From the NCBI GenBank assembly GCA_030704615.1, contig CM060733.1, forward strand, positions 31,744,001 through 31,808,000: DNA of 64,000 nt, written 5' to 3'. Under the pieces are notes generated by a model. The model did not search any database, was not told the origin of the DNA, and saw only the letters and a list, made by a program, of their open reading frames with translations. Source of the stretch: Takakia lepidozioides. Taxonomy: Eukaryota > Plantae > Bryophyta. The translations under genes were made by a program, and so were the position numbers. This document shows positions 25,546-38,894 of this stretch, piece by piece. Position 1 is the first letter of the stretch. Every line of letters starts with the position of its first letter.

Positions 25546-26842
25546 CAGGGAGTGTGGGAGGTAGTGCAACTGAAGCTGGGAATACTGTGAATATCGTGGG
25601 GCCAGTAGCAGGGAGTGCTCAAGGGCCACCACTTGGTGCAAGATCCACCACAACTACAACAGGTCCTCTAGGACCAGCACCAGCAAGGGTGCCAACACCT
25701 GTCAGTGGGCAGAAGGTAGGGCCACAGATGGCGTTACAACCACACGGGCAAAACCACATTTTCCAATATATTCAGGAAAAAGGGGATCCCGATGTACACA
25801 TTAGCCAATTTGAGCACATGTGTATAGTGAACAATGAGAATGGCGATGATGCCAAGATGAGATTGTTTCCTTGTTCACTTATCAAGAAAGCAAGTGAATG
25901 GTATGCAAGATTCCCTGATAATCATTTCCTACCCTGGAATGGCTTGAATACAGCATTCCGAAATAGGTTCAAGACAAGTAAAACTGAGGATGAAGTGTAT
26001 GGAAGTTTACAACAGTTAAAGCAAAAGAAGCATGAAACTGTTGAGGAGTATATGGAAAACATGGAATTGATGATGAAAAGCTGGCTGCTGTACCAGCACC
26101 AGGTTTACAGAAGACTTGGTTTGTGAGTGGACTAAGACCAGAATTGCAAAAGAAAGTGGATATGTTACCCCATAATACAGTGGAGGAGGCATTTGAAACT
26201 GCAAACAAAATTGAGCAATTGGGAATGCTCATGAGAGAGAAAAGGGATGATGAGGACTCTGAGGATGAGTCAGATGAAGAAGAAGAGCAAGAACTAAAAA
26301 GGAAGAGTAAGAGAAAGGAGAAGTTGAAGAGGGATAACTATGAGAAAAGATTGGAAGAATCTTGAAGAAGTATGCACAGAGGCTGCAACACCTTGGAGGA
26401 AGGGTGTATGGTGTGCAAAGTGCCAGAATGAAGGCCATACCACCACAGAATGCCACATGAAGGAGAAACACTGTACTATCTGTAAAATGGATAACCATTC
26501 TACTGAGAATTGTTACTACAACAGAAGGACAGTTGCAAGAGAACCTAGGCAAGTAAGAGTGCATGAGGTGCAGCCGCAGCCAAGAAGAAACAATGATCAG
26601 GACCACTATGGTAGGTCTGGTGGTTATAACAATGGCATGGAAGGGAGAGGTAATTCAAGAGGGAATTACCAAGGAAATTCCAGAGGCAACTATCAGGGTA
26701 ATCCAAGGGGGAATTACCAGCCCGAGAACCAGGATTACAGAAATAATCCAAGAGCAGACCAAGGGCGAGGACCCAATGGTGAAGAACTATGTTACTATTG
26801 TAATCAGCCAGGACATCGCAAGGCAGCCTGTTCATTCTGGAT
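25546..26842 (+). pseudogene. gag: Gypsy gag fragment (capsid and zinc knuckles), no LTR
   Basis: DPDVHISQF..ASEWY, CAKCQNEGH..C, CYYCNQPGHRKAAC. Homologous to 30980-32285 (-). Confidence 0.9.
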
Positions 26843-27999
26843 GAGCGTAGCTACGGCGTGAGCCCAGCCCCGTGAGCCTGGGAGCTGAGCTCACGTCCAA
26901 GCTAGAAAGCGTGAGCTGAGCTCACGCTTCAGGGAAGCGTGAGCGGCACCAATCTGCTGGAGAAGAAGGTCCTATAGGCGAGGATTGCAGGAAGAGGGCC
27001 TATTACCGTGGACAAAACAAAGGGGGCCAACACACACCATGTGTGCAATGCCCGCTCAAAAACAGAAATATGAAAACATGGCAGATTTGAGCTCAGAATG
27101 ATTGTCACAGTTTATTTCAATTCATAGATAGACGCTTACAATGAATTGCATGTGCATTTGCCCTGGTTCCGTAAACAAAATCCATATGTTTGTCAGAAAT
27201 GCAAAGTCTTCACACGGCAACCTGCAAACCAGCATGGGAAGCGGGCATGGCTCGTATGTGTTCAAAGAGAAGTTGGCGGAGCTCCACGCGAGGTGTCCCG
27301 CTGTAGAAGGGTGTTCACTTCTCCATAGCCTAGTGTGGCTTGGTGGATGAATTGGTCTCTCTTACCGTCGCAACACATAATCACAAGGTATATGTAATAT
27401 TGATGCTTGCAGGGGACCCACTTCCCTCTCAAGCCGAGAGCGCCCTCACGCATCGTTACAAAGTCCGGACAAGTGCACGAAGGGAAATTCCCGACGGTAA
27501 CCTGATATTCTTTGCCATGAAGAACTGACCCAATTGACAGCACTGTGTAAATCCGTCCATACCCCGGTGAAGGGACTTCGGTGATACGAGACACCCGAGC
27601 CTGCAAAATTCTAGCAGATTCCATCTTGCATTCGTGATCTGCACCCGAAGCGAAACGGCGCACTGTTTTTCCATCTCTTTTTGTTGGGTGGGAGTCGGCA
27701 CCGGGTGGCGGCATTGCCGGAGCATGTGGCACATCTGTGCCGACAGTGCATGAGGGCACCACCCGGGACCGTGCAAGACAGAACCCTCCCTCCTTTAGCA
27801 TGCTTATCTCGGTTGATGACAGCGACGTCCCAATTTGCACAGGCCAAATTGTGGGGGGAGGGGGTTTCATTATCACCGAAGGACGAACTGTTCCCTTCAC
27901 GCATCGTGCCATATCGTCTGGGCAGAACCAAAATTTGTGGTCCTTTGACTCCCCACTATGATAAGGTCGGAACAACCCTGTGAATGTTGGAGCTGGAGT
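26843..27999 (-). mobile_element. Left end of a MULE-like element with the transposase 3' end (SWIM)
   Basis: GAGCGTAGCTACGGCGTGAGC follows ATTCTGGAT. ORF has FWFCPDD and SCTCPDF..PCKH. Confidence 0.85.
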
Positions 28000-30900
28000 T
28001 GTCCCGCGGCATTTACTCACCCATCCCTTCGCTATTCGAGGCGGAAACTCCAAGATAGAAGAGTTGGAAATCTCTAAGTACTCAGCCCGCGCAGAACAAT
28101 CAGTCATGACCTACAGCTAGTGTATCATGGGGGTGTTTCCTATTTGTTTCCCTTTTGGCATTCATGTTAGCTACCTTACCATTGATAATTAAGTATCAGT
28201 TTGCTTTATCAATCTATTGGATTTCGTCAACTCATCCATTCATTCCACAGCTTCACTCAGATCTCTCTACACAGTGTGATTGTATCGTAAAAGTATCCGA
28301 TTATGATTTATCAGGTATCAGGCCGAAGCCATTGTGTCTCTAATCTGCTCTACAATATCATTATAGCCTTGCATATAACAAACATCTACTCATCATCTCT
28401 CTATCTTCACTTCCGTTCTTAATCTCTGCCCCATCCCATCTCCTCCTCCATGACCAAGAAGTCCTCCACCGAATGATATTCCCCAAAATCCTCCCTTCCC
28501 CGCTTCTCCCTTTATCTTCCTACCCGTGGTTCTAACCGTTTCCCTCACTAACCGTTGTTTGTGAACTAACATGTTCCCTTCGCAGGTGTTGTTCCCCACA
28601 GTCGTTCCCTGTCCTGCTCCCCGTTCCCTATGATCGTGACAGCTGTGTCAAGCTGTGACTGGCTGTGTGAAACTGTGTGACTGACTGTGCGACTGTGTTT
28701 GGCTGTGTCGGGCTGTGACTGGCTGTGTGGCTGTGTCGGCTGTGATGGCTGTGTCGGCTGTGACGACTGTGACGGGCTGTGCCGGCTGTGTCTGATGTGA
28801 CGACTGTAACGGGCTGTGTTGGCTGTGTCGGCCGTGACGACTGTGACGGGCTGTGTTGGATGTGTCGGCTGTGACTACTGCGACGGGCTGTGTAACCCCC
28901 CTCTACAGTGCGCTGCTGTCACCCCTAAGGCTCCTGTTGGTCTCAGTCTGTGCAAAAATTAAGGGTACCCTACAGATCCCGTTTAAGCGTCTAAGTCCCA
29001 GACAGTCCTCTAACATTACCTTTTCCCCCCTCAAAAAGCCGTGTCCTCACGGTTTACTGATTTCGATTAGCAAACCTTTGTGAGTGAGCACCTTTTTGAC
29101 GTTGAGAGTTTCTTGGCGGACTGTGTGTACGAGCCCTAGGTCTGTCTCTGGTTGACGGAGATGGTTGGTCACTACCCGGATAAGTGAGTCCCTCTGGAGG
29201 CTGATATCGAGGTATCCTTTCCGGCATAGGAGACCCCCGTCGCTTCTTCTCCGCCATCTGAATTGCATAGTCTTCTCCCATGTCAAAAGAATTTGGTGAA
29301 GAAACAGTTGTATCAGAATCCTCATCGCCTCTCAGGTGTTTTAATTTTCGAACTTTTTGTGGAATCATCTGGGGCATACAATGTTGTCCTACCATGTCTG
29401 GAAGTTTATATTTTACAACTTGGTGTAACCGCTGAACAGCAAAATTGGTGTAGACACTGAGCTCCTTGTCTGTCCAGGTGAGTGGGGTACCAATTACTGG
29501 TGCAGCGTGCAAGTATTTCCATCCCACATGTCCCTTATAGAAAATATCATCAATGCCGAATTTCTGTGTTGACAAATTGTTCCAGGCCGCTTGAAACCAT
29601 GAACGAATTTGAGAATCCTTTTGCATCATAACTTTTGGGTCATATAGGTACATATGAGGTGGCACCAAAGGTAATACCCAATGATCTCCACTGGAATAAC
29701 TCAGAAAGCGTGTTTGCATCTTTTGTTGCTCAATGTGATAACGTACCAGAAAACAAGCAGCGTAGTATAACCCGCATCCATGACAATACTTGCTACCTCC
29801 TTGGTCTTGGTATAAATGAGTCCATGTACAACCTGGAAAGCAATTAATTCCCTCAACATGGTACCTGCCTCGTGCCAGTACTGTGCAAAGTGATGATCCT
29901 CAATTGATCGATTGTTCGGAAGAACTTTAGTCCTAGTTGCCACTGGCAGCCAGATGCGCATGATTTGGTAGTAATGTGCGAATGACTGCGGAGGACTAAA
30001 TTCTTTCCAAGCCAAATCCAACATGATGGGAATTTGGTTGAAGGGCATAATCATAGCCCTACTGTACTCCCTTGCAGCTGGAGTTTTAGGTGGGTTAAAA
30101 GCTGCATTGCCCCATACCTCAGGCTGTGGTGGCTGTGTTGTGGTTGTAGTAACAACAGGTTCAGCTACTGGTACAGTGACTTGTTGTGGTGGTGGTGGTA
30201 CTGGCTCTTGTATCATTGGCATCTCTTGCACCTCCTGTGAAGACTGAAAAGCCAAAGTTCTGGCTTGTAAATAAGAAGCCATTAGCTGTTCCTGAGGGAT
30301 ATAGACTCTTTTGTCGATGTTTGAAGTGAGGTCCTCCACTTGAGTCTGCAGTCCATCTGCATCCTCTTGTTTACTCCAGAACCTCCATCTATCAGTACAT
30401 CAGTTAGTTCTGTGCTTCCAATTCTCAATTGGATTACTGGCATAGAATCATCAAAGTCCATGACTGTTTCTCGCCCTTCCGGCTTCACATTATAACTGGT
30501 CACCTTGCTGTTCTGGTCTGCGTTTCCTGTCTCCTGGGCAATTCGATTGATTTCTTGATACAGCCTGTCCCTACAATAAGGTGCCACAGCTAATAGCTTT
30601 CCAATGGTAATCTCTGCTTTGGTCTGGCATATTACTTCAGCCAAAGTCTCTTCATTACTTTGCATGCCTCTCTTCTTCTTTCTTCTTCCTTTCATCCTCA
30701 CTCACTTCTTCTTCTCCATCAGAATCAGAGGAATCTGCCACAGGAATATCAGTACTCTTCTGCATTTCCCTTATAGTATCAACCACTTCCTTGTGCAGTT
30801 CCTTCTCATCTTTCCAAGTCTCTCATCTTCAGGCATATCACTGCCATCTTCATTATCATCATCTCCTCAGCTACTGGATATTAGTTTGGCTGCTTCTGGT

Positions 30901-33900
30901 TACATCATTGTACACTTCTGGTACAACACATGGCCTAACCAACTGGGGCCCTCATTCACAGGAGCTCTCATCTCATTCTGGTGTCTTATCCAGAATAAAC
31001 AGGCTGCCCTGCGATGTCCTGGCTGATTACAATAGTAACATAGTTCTTCACCATTGGGTCCTCGCCCTTGGTCTATTCTTGGATTATTTCTGTAATCCTC
31101 ATTCCCGGGCTGGTAATTCCCCCTTGGATTACCCTGATAGTTTGCCTCTGGAATTTCCTTGGTAATTCCCTCTTGAATTACCTCTCCCTTCCATGCCATT
31201 GTTATAACCACCAGACCTACCATAGTGGTCCTGATCATTGTTTCTTCTTGGTTGGGGCTGCACCTGATGCACCCTTACTTGCCTAGGTTCTCTTGCAACT
31301 GTCCTTCTGTTGTAGTAACAATTCTCAGTAGAATGGTTATCCATTTTACAGATAGTACAGTGTTTCTCCTTCATGTGGCATTCTGTGGTGGTATGGCCTT
31401 CATTCTGGCACTTTGCACTTTACACCCCTTCCTCCAATGTGTTGCAGCCTCTGTGGCATACTTCTTCAAGATTTCTTCCAATCTTTTCTCATTTTATCCC
31501 TCTTCAACTTCTCCTTTCTCTTACTCTTCCTTTTTAGTTCTTGCTCTTCTTCTTCATCTGACTCATCCTCAGAGTCCTCATCATCCTTTTCTCTCTCCTG
31601 AGCATTCCCAATTGCTCAATTCTGTTTGCAGTTTCAAATGCCTCCTCCACTGTATTATGGGGTAACATGTCCACTTTCTTTTGCAACTCCGGTCTTAGTC
31701 CACTCACAAACCAAGTCTTCTGTAAACCTGGTGCTGGTACTGCAACCAGCTTTTTCATCATCAATTCCATCTTTTCCATATACTCCTCAATAGTTTCATG
31801 CTTCTTTTGCTTTAACTGTTGTAAACTTCCATACACTTCATCCTCAGTTTTACTTGTCCTGAACCTATTCGGAATGCTGTATTCAAGCCATTCCAGGTTA
31901 GGAAATGATTATCAGAGAATCTTGCATACCATTCACTTGCTTTTTTGATAAGTGAACAAGGAACAATCTCGTCTTGGCATCATCGCCATTCTCATTGTTC
32001 ACTATACACATGTACTCAAATTGGCTAATGTGTACATCGGGATCCCTTTTCCTGAATATATTGGAAAATGTGGTTTTGCCCGTGTTGGTTGTAAACGCCA
32101 TCTGTGGCCCTACCTTCTGCCCACTGACAGGTGCTGGCACCCTTGCTGGTGCTGGTCCTTCAGGACCTATTGTTGTTGTGGTGGATCTTTCACCAAGTTG
32201 TGGCCCTTGAGCACTCCCTGCTACTGGCCCCACATATTCACAGTATTCCCAGCTTCAGTTTGCACTACTTCCCACACTCCCTGTCCCCCCAGAGCCAGAT
32301 CCAGGCAGCCCGCCTGATCCCCCTGAACCGACACCTTCGTTGGCCTGTGATCCAAGTGCTCCCACTTGATCCAGGTCCAACGGGTTGGGATGTCCTGGTT
32401 GTAGTCTCCAACCTCAGCTGTTGGTCTACTTCTTCATACTCTTCCTCTTCCAATTTCTTCTCTCTGTTTTCACCCATCTCCAAGTTCTGCCCTTGGGTTT
32501 CTCTTCACTCATGTAACCAACTGCAATGGGTGTTGGAGAGTCTGAACTCTCCGTTGGCTCTGCCACATCCTCTCCTCCTTCTTCACGTTCCGCTTCAGAA
32601 ACTGGAGTTCCTGCTTTTGGTGTTCCATGCCAACTCTTATCAAAGATTTCTATCAAATCTTTTATCCAGATGTACCTCAGATCACTTTCACCTCGTGATT
32701 GATCTTCTTCCCGTACCAATTCCCCTTAATCTTTCTTGCCAAAGAAAAGAAGGAGTGGCATCCAACTCTAGTTCTTCCGGTATGGGTGATGTACTCTCTG
32801 ATCTTAATGGTGTGAGAGGTCCAGATGATTCCCCTATGTCTATTCTTCTCTCCCAAAGATATGGATAATTACTTTCAGATAGCTTTCTTTCGTTGCTGAA
32901 TATCCTGGAGTCTAGCTTCTCTTTTCATCAACTCATGTCCCATGTCTTTCATTTCTTTTTATGTGGCAATAACCAAAACTCTCTTCTGTAATATCTCTCG
33001 TATATGCCTGGTTTTCTCTCAAGTCAATGTTCCTCTGGATATACTAGAAGTCTCCGTTACCATATACCCATATGGTAAACAAGTCTGAAAAGCTGTTCTT
33101 GTGTGAGTTGATCCACAAGATATCCTTTGAGTCCATTCTTTACCAGTATAAGTTCCTCATGCATATGAGTATAAACATTCACCTTTCTTTCCTCCCAGCC
33201 TTTCAACTCTACTCATTTAATGGATAGCAATGCTATCACATAAACCAGTGTTGGTAACCAACGTGCTCTTCCTCTACAGGCCACCTGATAAATCTTTATC
33301 ACTCCTTTTCTGCAGACCCCATTCAGGGTCAGCATCATGCACTCTTTTAAGAATGTTTTCCTTACAACCATCTGGCAATTCCAAGAACCTCTGAAAGAAT
33401 CGTTTGGACAATCTTTCCTTCTCAGTTTCACAGGGAATTTGATTCACATCAAATTCTTTAATTCTCCAACCACCATGATCCCACCAGATGCCTGTCACAT
33501 CTGGTTGTTCATGACTCAGTTCCCCAGTATGGTCGCCAATGTCGAGCGCTTTTACTCACCCATCCCTTCGCTATCCAAGGTGGGAACTCCAAGATAGAAG
33601 AGTTGGAAATCTCTAAAGCACTCAGCCCGCTCAGAACAATCAGTCATGACCTACAGCTAGTGTATCATGGGGTGTTTCCTATTTGTACTCCTTCCCCGCA
33701 TTCATGTTAGTAAGTTACCTTACTATCTGCGATTAAGTATCAGTTTGCTTCAGAAATCTATCAAGTTCCATCCATTCATTCCACAGCTTCTCTCAGGTCT
33801 CTCTACACAGTGTGAGTATGAAGTATGTATCAGATTAATATCTATCAAGTATCAGGCTGAAGCCATGGTGTCTCTAATCTACTCTACATTATAATTCTAC

Positions 33901-34409
33901 AGCTTGCATTCATCAAGTAACAACAGATCGTCACTTCTCCTACTCCGTGGTCTTCATCTTTCCCTTCAGAGATGTGCTCTCCCCCCTATTTCCCAAGCCC
34001 TGATGCCAGAAGTTCCCCACCCCCCAGTGATCCCCAAGCAGTCCCCCTCGAGATGTCCCCGCTTCTCGCTTTATCTATTTACAAGCCGTTCTAACCGCTT
34101 TCCTAACTAACCGTTATCTCTGTAGTACACGTTCCTTTTTCAGATGTCGTTCCCCCACAGTCGTTCCCTGCCAATGGTAACTGTTCCGCAACTGTGACTG
34201 GCTGTATCAGGCTGTGGCGGGCTGTGTAGGGCTGTGCGAAGCTGTGGCGGCTGTGTTAGACTGTGATGGACTGTGTCGGGCTGTGTATCTTCCCCCTTTA
34301 AGCCTGTTGTTGTCACCCCTAAGGCTCCTGTTGGTCTCAGTCTGTGTAAAAATTAAGGGTACCCCACAGATCCCGTAAAAGCGTCTAAGTCCCAAGCAGC
34401 CCTCTAACA
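28000..34409 (-). mobile_element. Internally deleted gypsy element (gag, truncated PR, extra 3' ORF)
   Basis: LTRs 33540-34409 and 28000-29015; PBS TGGCGACCATACTGGGGA (33521-33538); PPT at 29016-29032. PR breaks after DGGSGVN (~30370). No TSD, and the LTRs are diverged. Confidence 0.88.
29054..30339 (-). pseudogene. Extra 3' ORF of the gypsy family, function unknown
   Basis: Two overlapping ORFs; homologous to 14100-14353 (+). Confidence 0.7.
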
Positions 34410-34942
34410 CAGCGCGCCCCGCCTGAACATCGCCGGCATGACCATCCCCGGCGACCGTACCGTCAAGGTTCCCACGCTTGCATTCAACTCGTTGGGTAAG
34501 CGTAGTCTTCTCCCTTTCTAAATGACATAAGGTAGATAACTATTGTTTTGAGTTTCTTTATACAGGGGAAGGCCCTCTTGTTGGGTCTTCATGGATTTTG
34601 GGGGGCCGCCTTGCGATTGAGGCCCTCAAATCCAAAAACGCCCAAGGCATTCCCCTATACGTAAGAAGAAGGTGAGAGTAAGGGGCATGACTCAGCACAA
34701 CACACCCATTAATGTAGCTTTTGATCACATTTTCTCCCCTTGACTTGAACATTTTGGGTAGTCGAGAGCCAACAACGTGACTACTTCAACATTCAACATA
34801 AAATGTATAGGACTCGAAGTGGAAAACACATATTATGTTTTATGTTTTAGCTAATGCAACATGTGATTGGTCTGTTAAAGTTATGGGAGGATGGTTTTGG
34901 CATCTTTCAAATTTTGATTGTGGTTACACGGGCGAAATGACG

Positions 34943-37400
34943 TTTTTTTTTTTTTTTTTGGTAGTGAAAAGCAAGCACCAAAAATTCACTATATGAGCTT
35001 ATAAGCAACAGCTTGCAAACACTGAATGGGGGCGTTGTGGGAGATAGTATGAGTGGGGCTGGGGCGGGGGGGGGGGGGGGGGCGCTAAGGTCCATGCTTT
35101 TAGCTTAGTGGGTGGTTTGGTGGTAGGGTTGCATGTTGGAGGAGGTGAGTATGGGGTGAGTAACATGCTATGGGTATCAGAAAGTAGACGAGTGAGATGC
35201 ACGGGGAAATCGGCGGGTACGAGAGACATGAGGTAGCTTGGACAAGGAGAATTAGGGTCAGAGTAGTTTCTTTGTGGCGGAGGTATTTTGGGAATGGTGG
35301 GTTGTGTGTGTAGTGAAGATGGTTGGGTTCAATAGCGGTTAATGGTATCACTTCTGGGGGAAGTTGTAGAAGGGGGTGTTGGTGGTCAGGTGAGTTTTGT
35401 TGTGTAAGAATGAGAATAGTGGAGGCGGAGGAAGAGGAGTTGGCGGCGAGGCACGCCCTTAGAAGAGCTTCATGCGTGAGGGGCCCGGGAGGTGGGTGCG
35501 CAAGGCCACCTCCTGACCAAGAGTGTCGGGTAGCGGGGCCGAAGGCTCCGAATACACAGTCTCGGGGGTGCGGGCTGGCGTAAGAAGAAAGCTCAAGGGG
35601 GCATGTAAGAGGGCTGGAGTAGTAGGAGTGGGTAAGGTGGAATGTAGAGATGAGGAATTTGAGGATGTCAGAGGGTATAGTGCTATGGGTATATGCTTGA
35701 TTCAGTTTGTCGGGGGTGTGGGGTTTTTTGGTGGGGGTATCGCGTAAATATCGTTCAACAAGCCAGCAGACCTCAGTGGCAAAGTCTTGTTTTGGTGGCT
35801 GTAGGGAGGTGGCATCAGTTGAGGAGGCGTCATATCTGTCCCAGAGCCAGGCAAGCCTGACATTGGAGATGGAGCCGATGAAGTGACCGTTAAGTGTGTA
35901 GATATGGGATGCTCGACACCTAGGGCAGATAATGGGGGAGATTTGGTCAATATCTTTGTCGGGGTTGCATTCAGAGATATGTATATGTATATGTGGAGCG
36001 TTCAAGGGGGTATGGATGTATCGAGCGTCTATTGGTTGGATTTGAGATACATGATGTTGGTGGGTGTACGTTAAGTAATTGGTGTTAGTTGTTTTGTAGA
36101 AGGTGATAAGGAGGCGACGGTTGTGAGTAGGGTCGCAATCATCATGGGTTCCAAAGAGGTCGTCTTCAATTTGCCAAGTGTTATCAGATGCAGGGAAACC
36201 CGCCCATTTACATAGGTAATATGTGTCGACACAAGTGGCGCCATGTACGTGGAGGGAGGTTTGAGTCTTGATGCCGAGAATAGCTTCAATGACGAAGGCC
36301 TCGGGTGGTCGGGGTTGGGTAGGCAGGGGGAAGGAGGGGGGTAGGGGGTTTAGAGGGTAGGGGGAAAGTTGCTCAAGGCAATTAACGAGGCTGGGGGGGG
36401 AGAAGCGGGGGGGGTGGGAGTTGGGGAGAGGGTGTTCCGGAGTGTTATGGGAGGTCATGAGCTGTTGTAATATGGAGGGGGCTGGGGCTGTTCTGAAATT
36501 TGGGAGGAGGTCTTGCTTATGATGGGGGAAGAGTGGACATGGTAGGTCACTGTCGAGGGTACGAGGCGGTCTAGTGGCAAAATAAAGATCGGGGATGAAG
36601 CAGGTATCTCCATGTTTTGATGGTAGCACAAGAATGTTTCAGGGTAAATTGGTGTGGGGTAAGTAGCCGGTTCCCCGTGGCAGTGGTGAGTTGGGTGAGA
36701 GTGGTAATATGACGTGCTTTAAAGTAGGCAAGGACAAGTTTCCTTTCGTAGGATAAATAGCGTACGGGCGGTGGGGGAATGGAGGCAAGATTGTGGGTGG
36801 AGGGTAGGGAGGGAATATAAGCCATTATATTTATACGCTATGTGTTTAAGGAGACCTCGAAAGATTAGACCGAGACGGCCTGGGTTGTTAAGAGCCTCGA
36901 TAAGTTGTGAGCCGAGGGTGCGGGCATATGAGATGATCAGGGAGCTAGAACCAATTCCAAAACTGTCCTGTAGAAGTTGGGTAAGAACGTTAGGGTGCTG
37001 GTGGGGAGGCCACAAATGCATTTGGTGAGTTGGATAATATTGGCGTCGAGTAGTTTGATATCCGGTATAGAGAAGGGGGCCGCGTGAAAGGCGTATTGGA
37101 TTTGAGGGTTGAGAACTCTTTGGATGATAGTTAGTTTAGGGCGGATGGAGATGGGGGCATTGAGTAGAGCTAAACTCTTGTTGGTTAGTTTGGAAAAAGT
37201 GGTGTTCCTTTGTATATGCCAGGTTAGTGATGGAACCAATTGTATGCCTAGATAGGTGTAGGGTTCATCCGGGGCCAAAAAGGGGAAAGATTTTTGTTGA
37301 GAGTGCAGATGGAGCATGCAGTGGGAAGCTATCGTGGATTTTGTGAGCTTACTGCCGTGGGTAGCGGCAATGACTGCACATTTATTGAGGCTTAGCACTT
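34943..37400 (-). mobile_element. 5'-truncated non-LTR retrotransposon: RT C-term, chromodomain, PCIF1-like MTase fold, poly(A)
   Basis: LSLNKC..YTYLGIQL; VIEAIL..YLCKWAGF..NTW; YSSPLTC..YAS..D.VFGAFG..AHPP. 16 T at 34943-34958. Confidence 0.75.
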
Positions 37401-37407
37401 ACGACTC

Positions 37408-37459
37408 TGCTCATGGCTCATGCCGCTCATGGCTCATGGCTCATGAAATAGCAGCCCCC
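37408..37459 (+). mobile_element. Right-type terminus of the MULE-like family
   Basis: (GCTCATG)n then AAATAGCAGCCCCC; truncates the FCP1-like ORF. Confidence 0.75.
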
Positions 37460-37460
37460 G

Positions 37461-37942
37461 CAAAAGTGTTTTGCACACTTTGAGGTGGCAGTGTGGTCTT
37501 GCTGCAAAGCTCACAACTTCATTCCGATGGTGGACTTTATTTTCAAAGGGCACACTAATCTTATTTTCTAGTGGGATGCCCTTTACTGTGAAGAGCTTAT
37601 TGACCCATTGGCTAGGGGGGCTGATGCAAAGCCCATATATTTGAAGAACCTATCAAGAGTGTGGGCAGAGTGGCCAGAACGGGGTCCTGAAGACACTCTT
37701 CTTGTTGATGACACACCAAGAAAGGCATCAAACAATCCTCCATTTAGTGGGATATATCCGGAGCTATGGAAAATGCGATGATCAGGGCCAAAAGATGGCT
37801 ATCTACTCGATGTGTTGTGGCCGTTCTTGGAGAGGGCAAGCAAGACTCCTAGTATTCCACAGTTTCTGAAGTCTGAGCCTCTCTTTGGACAACAGCCCTA
37901 CAATTCTACTCAGTGTAATCGTCAGAAGGTACAACAATGTAA
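37461..37942 (+). pseudogene. FCP1/NIF-like HAD phosphatase domain fragment
   Basis: Manual translation: FEVAVWSC..IF*WD..KPIYLKNLSRVW..DTLLVDDTPRKASNNPP. One stop and a frameshift. Confidence 0.72.
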
Positions 37943-38630
37943 TGTAAGTCTGGTCCAGTACATTTGGAATTCTTGGGTTGCTTGTGAATTGCATGAGTAG
38001 TGGGTTTCTCTTGAGTGAGCTATGTAACTAGTGTATTTCAGGTTGTAATGCCACTGAAGAATTGTAATGGTTTGTGATATAGGGACCTATGATGAAGCGG
38101 CTCCATGTTGTCAACAAGTCAGCAGAGGAGCTAGAAAGTAGCCCTCTCAAGCAGTTCTCGCAGCCGCCTGAAAGTCAGCTTGGTGTAAGTCCATGACCTT
38201 CTTTTCCAATTTTGTTTATGTGGCCACTGGAGTGTAGACTACCGTCCTTCACGTTTGTTGTATCCTTGTGGTCATAGACTCCGCATCCAGTGGGAGACCA
38301 TTGTGAGGGATTTACTTCAGTTTATTGCCAAGGGTAGGTACAGAAAGTACTCATAAGACCTTGTGTTCGGCATAGCCTTTTGGGTAGGTAGGTAGAGAGA
38401 ACGAAATTGAAATGTGGGTGTGTGTATGTATGTTGTTTGCTGCAACTTGCTAGCTGTAGACCTTCCTGCCTACCCTTCCTCCCTCCCCTCCATCCATCCA
38501 TCCATCCCTATTAATAGTTGCAACCCCCCTCCCGGTACCTAAGTACTATAATGCTTGGACCTCCGTAGTCTAGCGTGCATGGTATTTTCACTCATTGTTT
38601 TGCTGGTGGGTGTTGGGATGACAGTTTAAG

Positions 38631-38894
38631 GTGGGAGACCAAGTTCGGCTCCTTAACGTGATGTCCAAACGGACAAAGGTTGGATCAGGGATTATATGTT
38701 CTCTGCAAGGCTGCAAGGTAAGTGAGGGCTACCCTGATGTGCCAGCCGAGTATGCGGCTATATACATCAAAGAGGCATACATCACTAACGCTCCTTTACC
38801 ATATCTCAACGATGTTAAGAAACATATTGTGTTGGGGGATGTGGTAGGAAGCACCATACTTTGGAGTTTGAAGCTACTGAGACATGAGGTTTAG
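38631..38894 (+). pseudogene. Tnp1/En/Spm-like (CACTA TnpA C-terminal) domain exon
   Basis: KVGSG..VPAEYAAIYI..NAPLPY..LGDVVGSTILW. Confidence 0.6.

Noticed and set aside
34410-34942. Exon/intron-like fragment between the LTR and the LINE tail
   Set aside because: No identifiable product; it may be interior of the element ending at 37459, but this is unsupported.
14354-37459. Pairing these two termini as one intact element
   Set aside because: The flanks GGAATTTAG and GCAAAAGTG are not a TSD, and the interior is rearranged.
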